DNA from: Pseudomonas phage 201phi2-1 | Length of the DNA stretch: 32,000 nucleotides | Direction: 5' to 3' (one strand) | Sequence record: NC_010821.1 | Position numbers and translations under genes: made by a program | Shown here: piece by piece, positions 25,838 to 32,000 of the stretch | Position numbering within the stretch: position 1 is the first letter of the stretch | Layout: the number at the start of each line of letters is the position of its first letter | The notes under the pieces: model-generated | The model's database searches: none | The model's input: only the letters and a program-made list of their open reading frames with translations | What the model was told of the DNA's origin: nothing

Positions 25838-27967
25838 TTACAACTTTGGGGATTCTACCTCAACTACTTCACCTTTAGACTTGAGATAAGCTTCCAACAG
25901 TTTATCCAACCGTGGGGCCTTGAGAACCTTCTGAGCGATCTCAATCGCGTTAGTGCGGCAACCGGTCAAGTTAACACCCAGCTCTCGTTTGGTGTGATCA
26001 GACACGCCTTGCAGAGCAGCTGTTTCCATGATCGTAGTTTCACGAGCAATGTTCAGGATCTGACTTACGTTTGGATAAGTCGAAACGATGTCCAAGTCCG
26101 CTACGTGAGCAAAGATCAAACTACGGTAGTTAGGGAAATCCTTAACGCACTTCAAGCCATTAGGACCAGCCATGTAGGAAGGGAGTGTTACAATCCATCC
26201 GTCATGACCTACCACGTATTGGTCGAGTGGGTGTAGCATCTGGTCCGAACTAGAACCGATCACACATGGTTCTTCACGGTTGAGATACCAGAAGTGCATG
26301 TCGTCACACAAACGCTTAGGGTTCGAGTTAAAGTTCTTATAGTCAGAAGACTTCGAGAACAATGTAATCGAACTGGCCAAGTCATTGATCTTCTCATCGA
26401 GTTGCTCTAGTCGAATGCTGTCGATGATGTTGTAAAGACCGTAACGCACTTTATGTTTAACCTGCATCTCACGGTGCCATTCGATCCCGAACAGATGATC
26501 AGTTTCTGCAAACTTCAACTTGCCGAAGTTCAGCTTAAACGATACTTTAAAGCCAGGTTGAACGTTAACACCCCAGATAAGTTGATCAACGTCGTCCCAA
26601 TGACATTCACGGATCTCTGTGATGTTATCACCTTCACTCAGGTCATAGATGGCCGAAGCATCATCGTCATCATCGAAATCCGGGATTACGTCTTCACCTT
26701 CCTCGTCCTCTTCAAGATCGTCTTCTTCCTCTTCGTCTTCTTCAACGCCAGAGTAGTCGACTTCAGTCTTGTAGGTGATGGTGTCATTGGCTGGGTTAGA
26801 CACAGCCCAATAAGGGTAACTACCTGAACGGTCTGCCATGGCCTTATTAGCCATCTTAATGAAAGCATTCAGGTCTTCTTCAGTCTTGATTTCAGCTTCT
26901 TCATCAACGCTCAGTTCTTTCTTAAGGATTGCGTCCAGTGCATAACTGGATTCTTTACCTTTAGCCAGACGAGTAACTCGATAAGTAGCCATGCTGTCAA
27001 TACACTGGAAGCTAGCTGGAGCTGTAACCCAATGCCATTGGTCTTCTGGACCCTTAGACTTGGTAACACCCGACGCAGTAACCTGCATCGCTTGGTCTTC
27101 TTTGTAATAGAACTTCTTGTATTCACGTGGAATACTCGGATCACTAAACACGTCAGCTGGATTAATCCCAGCATCTTCCAACGTCTTCAAGATCCGCTTC
27201 ATGTCGAAGTTGATGTTCCAGAAAGCAAAGAAGTCAGGCTTCCACATATGCAGTCGACGCATACACTGAATCACTACATCCGCCGAGGTCTCTACGACTT
27301 CAATATGAATGTTCAGATTACGAGCTTTCTTCAAAGTAACCAGTTCTGGAATACGTTCCAGTTCTTCAAGGGTTTCTTTAACTGGATCTTTAAGGTCTTT
27401 AACCCAATGCTTGAGATACGCAAGGTATACGTTCTCTTTGTGTGTAACGGACATACAGATGATCTGACCATCGTGCTCTGCTTCATACACGTTAGTCTCG
27501 ATGTCGCCACCAGCTACTGTGTTACGTGAGATCAGATCAGGGTTAGCCGTACGGTAATCGTTCTTCAAGCAGCATACGCTAGATACGTCACTGCCATACA
27601 GATAAGGACTACGTGAGAGTTGACGTAGTCTAGGGTTAGGACCCATTGAGTAATCTTTAAGTGCCTTAGCTACGGCAAATGGCATCTTAGACTGAGTTGT
27701 CTTAAACTTACGTAATTGACTAACGGGCATGTAGTCCCGTTTCTCTTTGTACGTACGAAGGTTCTCATCTTTGTAAGCCATTGGGTCTACGTAGAATGAC
27801 CGTTCGTAGTTAGGGATGATCTTAATACGTGGAATACGTCGCTTGTCCTTTAGATGGACAACCTCCTTAACTACGTGGATGTCATTACGTCCACCTTGTT
27901 CGGTTACATAGGTGATATGTTTGGCTTCAATGCCTAACACATCTTCTTTGCTAAACTCTTCGTTCAT
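25838..27967 (-). CDS. Family B DNA polymerase, N-terminal/exonuclease part ending after motif A
   Basis: Exo I GGDIETN, Exo II NINFD, Exo III YNIID, motif A DLDIVSTYPNVSQILNIARETT. No motif B (KxxxNSxYG) or motif C (DTDS) before the stop. Confidence 0.85.
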   Translation of the reverse strand: MNEEFSKEDVLGIEAKHITYVTEQGGRNDIHVVKEVVHLKDKRRIPRIKIIPNYERSFYVDPMAYKDENLRTYKEKRDYMPVSQLRKFKTTQSKMPFAVAKALKDYSMGPNPRLRQLSRSPYLYGSDVSSVCCLKNDYRTANPDLISRNTVAGGDIETNVYEAEHDGQIICMSVTHKENVYLAYLKHWVKDLKDPVKETLEELERIPELVTLKKARNLNIHIEVVETSADVVIQCMRRLHMWKPDFFAFWNINFDMKRILKTLEDAGINPADVFSDPSIPREYKKFYYKEDQAMQVTASGVTKSKGPEDQWHWVTAPASFQCIDSMATYRVTRLAKGKESSYALDAILKKELSVDEEAEIKTEEDLNAFIKMANKAMADRSGSYPYWAVSNPANDTITYKTEVDYSGVEEDEEEEDDLEEDEEGEDVIPDFDDDDDASAIYDLSEGDNITEIRECHWDDVDQLIWGVNVQPGFKVSFKLNFGKLKFAETDHLFGIEWHREMQVKHKVRYGLYNIIDSIRLEQLDEKINDLASSITLFSKSSDYKNFNSNPKRLCDDMHFWYLNREEPCVIGSSSDQMLHPLDQYVVGHDGWIVTLPSYMAGPNGLKCVKDFPNYRSLIFAHVADLDIVSTYPNVSQILNIARETTIMETAALQGVSDHTKRELGVNLTGCRTNAIEIAQKVLKAPRLDKLLEAYLKSKGEVVEVESPKL

Positions 27968-28191
27968 CGTAGTGCCTCAACATGAATAACTGTACTCTAT
28001 TAGGAGTGCTAGTATTGTTAACCAGTGGGTTAACGAATAAAGCAATAAGGATGTTATTAGCTTCGCTAATAGTTAATTAAGAAATAAAGGCCTTCGGCCC
28101 ATCCTATGCTCTTAGAGTAGTCTACATTAGATCAGCACTACCAGTATTTCTTAACACAATCTTTATGATTCCAATTAATTAGGTTACCAAC

Positions 28192-29469
28192 ATGCTAAAC
28201 AATACTATTTCAACAGAGGTGTTAGTCATAGGCGCTAAAACACCACTGGTAGACATTTGTCGTAATTACGTTAAGAAGATGCGTGCAGCATGGCCAGACT
28301 ACCCTAATAATGATAACCGTTTTAGTTACAGTAATAAACCATGGATTAATGCCACTGCTGAATTCGTAGATCTCATTCGTAAGAAGGTAGGACCTAGGAT
28401 CAGTATTGATGTATACAGCGGTAATGATTTCTTTAACATGGGTGTAACATCACAGATCTGGTTTATTGGTCATTCAGGTTCAAGGTGGTACGCTAAAGAT
28501 AACTATCGAATTACGGCTGGTAATGAAGCCTCGATCAAAGAGACATTAACAGTCGACCTACAGAACGTAACTGTTAAAGGTGAGTTAGTTGATAACCTGA
28601 CGTTTAGACTTTACTACACTGAAACAGTGATGTTTAACACTCAGATGTTCACTGTAGACGAAGTCGTTGCTGTAATGATCCATGAGTTCGGCCATATCTT
28701 CGATACATTCATGACTCTAGGCGACTACGTCTGGTTGAACTACTATCTCACTGATGGTATCGAGATCCTGTTAGGTAAGAAAAAGAACGTACTCAACATT
28801 GATATCCTTTCTGAGAAATCAGTAATGGCGATGGTCGATAGCGATAAAGATGCTGAAGCCTTCATGAATGAGCGTAATGAGGATACAGCAAAGCGCGTTG
28901 TACTAAGCCTACTCAAAAAGGCACCTAGACACCACCTGACTCAGAATGATCTTATTGCTAACCGTCGTGAAGAACAGCTCGCTGATCTTTTCTGTAGTCG
29001 TCTTGGAATGGGTAGACAGTTCGCTCAGTTTGAATTCAAAATGGCGAAGTACTTTAATGACCCAATTCTCAGTCGCACTAACTGGTTCGTCGAAACCGCT
29101 AAAGCTGTATTTGCTGTAGCGACACTACCATTAACTGTTTTATGGGTAATCGGACATGATCCTTTAAACGGTGGGTGGACTGGTCGCTATGATGACTCTA
29201 TCCAAAGATTAACAAAATTCCGTCGAGACTTGATTGCACAACTTAAGAGTCCCGGACCCCTTGATCGAGAAAGCATTGTTGAAGACATTGCCGTAATCGA
29301 TGACATTTTAAAAGAGTATAGCACTAACGTAAGTTTCTACGATAGTCTTATTACTTTCTTCCGTCCTAGTATTCGCAAGCAACAGCAAAATACTAAGATG
29401 GAAAATGATTTAGAATCCCTATTCCACAATGACCTGTTCTTACAGGCTTTTAAACTCAGTAAAATATAA
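28192..29469 (+). CDS. Putative zinc metallopeptidase-like protein with HEFGH motif
   Basis: AVMIHEFGHIFDTF (HExxH at 28681-28695) and downstream REEQLADLF (candidate third zinc ligand at about 28969). Hydrophobic segment AVFAVATLPLTVLWVIG. Confidence 0.7.
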   Translation: MLNNTISTEVLVIGAKTPLVDICRNYVKKMRAAWPDYPNNDNRFSYSNKPWINATAEFVDLIRKKVGPRISIDVYSGNDFFNMGVTSQIWFIGHSGSRWYAKDNYRITAGNEASIKETLTVDLQNVTVKGELVDNLTFRLYYTETVMFNTQMFTVDEVVAVMIHEFGHIFDTFMTLGDYVWLNYYLTDGIEILLGKKKNVLNIDILSEKSVMAMVDSDKDAEAFMNERNEDTAKRVVLSLLKKAPRHHLTQNDLIANRREEQLADLFCSRLGMGRQFAQFEFKMAKYFNDPILSRTNWFVETAKAVFAVATLPLTVLWVIGHDPLNGGWTGRYDDSIQRLTKFRRDLIAQLKSPGPLDRESIVEDIAVIDDILKEYSTNVSFYDSLITFFRPSIRKQQQNTKMENDLESLFHNDLFLQAFKLSKI

Positions 29470-29480
29470 GGTGAATCCCA

Positions 29481-29918
29481 ATGCGCATTGGTTTTGAAAT
29501 TGCCCGCTTTCTGAAAGATGTCCGTGCCCAAGATGGCGCTGACCGTACTGTACGTGCTACCATGGTAGCAAACGCCTTAGGCTACTTCTATCCAGTTGAC
29601 CCTGCTCTTAGTGCTATTGATAACGCTGAAGCCCATATGTCTGCTGCCCGTAAAGTAATTAGCCAAATCAATGAAAACATTTCTCTGGACACTAAACTGT
29701 GTCTGGAATTGTTTAAACAAGTTATGTTCATTCGTCTTGAACTGATCAATGGTCCAACGGATTCTTCGATCATTGAAGCCGCGATGCGTTCGCATACCGC
29801 AAGTCTCCATCAGACCTCAGCTGAAACGGTAGCTGTAACTGCACTGGTTACCAATCTTGAATTCGCTCGTGCCCAAAACGGTATCCGTCAAGTGCTGTCG
29901 AGTGTCGTAACCGAGTAA
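29481..29918 (+). CDS. Hypothetical protein (145 aa)
   Basis: Intact ORF, 11 nt after the metallopeptidase-like gene. Confidence 0.75.
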   Translation: MRIGFEIARFLKDVRAQDGADRTVRATMVANALGYFYPVDPALSAIDNAEAHMSAARKVISQINENISLDTKLCLELFKQVMFIRLELINGPTDSSIIEAAMRSHTASLHQTSAETVAVTALVTNLEFARAQNGIRQVLSSVVTE

Positions 29919-29923
29919 AGCCC

Positions 29924-30226
29924 ATGAGCGATTACGCTAAGATAGTGTACCCAAGAATTACAAAAGGCTACGCTAAGTCGTTGATCGCAGAGGAACAGAT
30001 CGTAGTTAACGCCGAGATGTGTGTTGTGATCTGTATGGTCAGGTTGAATAATGGTCACCGACTGGTAACTGATGCGATTGTTGCGAATAGTGGTTTGTTT
30101 GATGCCGCACGTGGTACTCAAATCGCTCGCGATAAAATGATCTCCAAGATCATGGAACTTGAAATGTACCAGATGCGTACACGCCTGCATGACGAACGAA
30201 CTAAGGAGGTCACTGATGTTGACTGA
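29924..30226 (+). CDS. Hypothetical protein (100 aa)
   Basis: Intact ORF; stop overlaps the next start. Confidence 0.7.
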   Translation: MSDYAKIVYPRITKGYAKSLIAEEQIVVNAEMCVVICMVRLNNGHRLVTDAIVANSGLFDAARGTQIARDKMISKIMELEMYQMRTRLHDERTKEVTDVD

Positions 30227-31460
30227 TGCCGAAATTCTTGATAACCAAACCCAGACACTTGAAGAAGTGTTGGATAAACTCCATTCGCGTTCAGATGAAC
30301 CTTTGGAGAAAGCTGTAGCAGTAGACGTAGGTAATGATGCACTGCATGTTGCAGTTGAGTGCTTACGCACGCTTTCTGATCTGCACCGAACGATTGCAGT
30401 AGAAGGCGTGTCTAAAGACGATGTAAGCGCACTCAGAGCGATTCAAGCCAGAATGCAGCCATACATCCGTCTTCCATCTAAAGTCGCCTTAGAAGCGTAT
30501 GAGGGACTATTCACGCCTAACCGCACGATGATCAACCAGACCATCTCGCAGGAAGCTACATTGGCTGAGTTTGGTAAGACTCTGAAAGAATGGTTCTTTA
30601 TCTTCGTTGACTTTATCATTCGCGTATCCGATTGGTGCCGACGTGTATGGAACTCCGAAGACGCCATTCGTTTACGACTGAAGAATATGGATAGTAATCT
30701 TCAGTCGATGTACAACCAGGTCAATGAGTTAATCAAGTACAACGCCAAGTTTGGACGTGACGCTGAGCCAGATCTGCTCAAGATCAGTGAACTGGTATTA
30801 GCCGATCCTAAACTGACTCGCTCCAATGCCATGCTGATTGCGTTTAACGTACCTGCTAAAGATGGTATTATCAAAGTCATGGATCGTGATGCCGATCGTT
30901 TATTTAATTCGATGATGAAAGACCTCGTTTCTTTCAAATTGCATATCGAGCAAAATAAACCTATCGGTTATCTTATCGACTACGGTAAAGAGTTTACTGA
31001 AATCGCTAGTTGCTTAGAAGCGTTGACTGTTGCGGTTGACGACCAAGATTTCTTCAAAGATAATCTCTCGTTAGATTTCTGGAAGAATCCTAAACAACTA
31101 GTGTCTCGCCAAATCTTTGCACCATCGCACAACATCGATCAGGTACAGCGACTCGCTAAAGAAATTAGATCTATTAAACGTAACTCTAATTTTGATGCGC
31201 TCGAAGATGCGGATGTTCTGGCAACGGTTATTGAAAACCTGTCGGAAGCGGTTAAAGGTTTAGAACGAATCATTAAGTTCAAACAACAGCTGTACGCTGA
31301 CTGTTATAAAGTTTCCGCTACATACGCTAACTTCTATATCCGTGCTCGTGATCACATCGAGGAAACTCTTCGTGCTAACGTAGCTGATGATATTGAAGCT
31401 AAGGTAATGGAACGTTTAACCAAAGCTTGGGAAGAGCTCCTTAAGCGGATGGGTGTTTAA
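30216..31460 (+). CDS. Hypothetical protein (414 aa), possibly structural
   Basis: ATG 30216 (MLTDAEILDN) follows CTAAGGAGGTCACTG, a strong RBS; the track start 30159 would overlap the previous gene by 68 nt. Confidence 0.75.
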   Translation: MLTDAEILDNQTQTLEEVLDKLHSRSDEPLEKAVAVDVGNDALHVAVECLRTLSDLHRTIAVEGVSKDDVSALRAIQARMQPYIRLPSKVALEAYEGLFTPNRTMINQTISQEATLAEFGKTLKEWFFIFVDFIIRVSDWCRRVWNSEDAIRLRLKNMDSNLQSMYNQVNELIKYNAKFGRDAEPDLLKISELVLADPKLTRSNAMLIAFNVPAKDGIIKVMDRDADRLFNSMMKDLVSFKLHIEQNKPIGYLIDYGKEFTEIASCLEALTVAVDDQDFFKDNLSLDFWKNPKQLVSRQIFAPSHNIDQVQRLAKEIRSIKRNSNFDALEDADVLATVIENLSEAVKGLERIIKFKQQLYADCYKVSATYANFYIRARDHIEETLRANVADDIEAKVMERLTKAWEELLKRMGV

Positions 31461-31462
31461 CG

Positions 31463-31499
31463 ACATAAAGCCCCGGCCTTTCGGTCGGGGCAATATGCT
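31463..31499 (+). terminator. Bidirectional hairpin terminator, copy 3
   Basis: ACATA-AA-GCCCCGGCC-TTTC-GGTCGGGGC-AA-TATG, nearly identical flanks to copy 1, between convergent genes. Confidence 0.75.
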
Positions 31500-31502
31500 G
31501 TC

Positions 31503-32000
31503 TTACACTGGATCTAACGTATGACGCAACCAGTTGAATGTCAGGTCATCTTCAATGGTCAACTCTTGGTTAGGGAGTACAACCAGTTTCTGACGTACCG
31601 ACAATCGAACTGCATCGTCTTCTACGGTGATGATTGCAAAGTTATTGCTACCACCCAAACCAGTAGCTTCAATAGCCATTACTTCTTCACCAGAGGTTTC
31701 AGTCAAGCGTGCTACAGCTTCAGACATACTGATCGTACTACGTGCCAAGAACTCCGCAATGGTAGTCTTGGTGTTAGAGATCAAGCCTGGTCGAATAGTT
31801 GGGTTGGTGTACCCAGACTTACTCAGGTAGTAGTTCAGGTTAAATGCCTGATCAACTGGAACAGTGAGTTGCTGACCTTCACGAATACTAACCAGCGTAT
31901 CACCATAAGTAGTAGTCGGATACAGGAACAGCTCAGCCTCACCCAACAGTCTAGCGTCGAGTAATTCGATATCGTTCTGAATCCAAGTTACCAACTGCAT
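31503..32000 (-). CDS. Hypothetical protein, 3' part; 5' end may lie outside the window
   Basis: Open to the window edge; an in-frame ATG sits exactly at the edge, so the true start cannot be decided. Confidence 0.65.
   Translation of the reverse strand: MQLVTWIQNDIELLDARLLGEAELFLYPTTTYGDTLVSIREGQQLTVPVDQAFNLNYYLSKSGYTNPTIRPGLISNTKTTIAEFLARSTISMSEAVARLTETSGEEVMAIEATGLGGSNNFAIITVEDDAVRLSVRQKLVVLPNQELTIEDDLTFNWLRHTLDPV

Noticed and set aside
1-32000. tRNA genes, CRISPR arrays, rRNA, transposases or integrases
   Set aside because: Looked for by eye in the intergenic gaps and ORF translations. No CCA-ended cloverleaf-like sequence, no regularly spaced repeats and no recombinase motifs were recognised. 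A tRNAscan-SE run would be needed to exclude tRNAs formally.

Overview
The window looks like part of the genome of a phiKZ-like, nucleus-forming-type jumbo myovirus. That assignment is inference from domain content and gene order; no database search was run. Genes sit in alternating co-directional blocks: plus 61-11250, minus 11308-11685, plus 11739-18378, minus 18431-20938, plus 21072-24714, minus 24758-27967, plus 28192-31460, minus 31503 to the edge. The products I can recognise from sequence motifs are an SbcD/Mre11-like metallophosphoesterase, an SSB-like protein with a Gly-rich linker and acidic tip, a multisubunit RNA polymerase beta C-terminal-type subunit, a beta' C-terminal-type subunit, a UvsW-like SF2 helicase, and a second, more diverged beta'-like protein that ends inside the trigger-loop region. 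There is also a MazG-like protein, a family B DNA polymerase ORF that stops after motif A, and a HExxH metallopeptidase-like protein. Most other genes are conserved-looking but of unknown function. The main observations beyond the gene list are: (1) four intergenic copies of TATATTACTnnnGTG, like the phiKZ early-promoter element, one of them directly ahead of the RNA polymerase genes; (2) a family of near-identical hairpins with a symmetric 2x2 internal loop at three convergent gene junctions; (3) the split-looking DNA polymerase with an acidic insertion in its exonuclease half; (4) the second beta'-like ORF; (5) a W-x3-EL repeat protein; (6) a cluster of three hairpins in the 224-nt divergent gap before the metallopeptidase-like gene.
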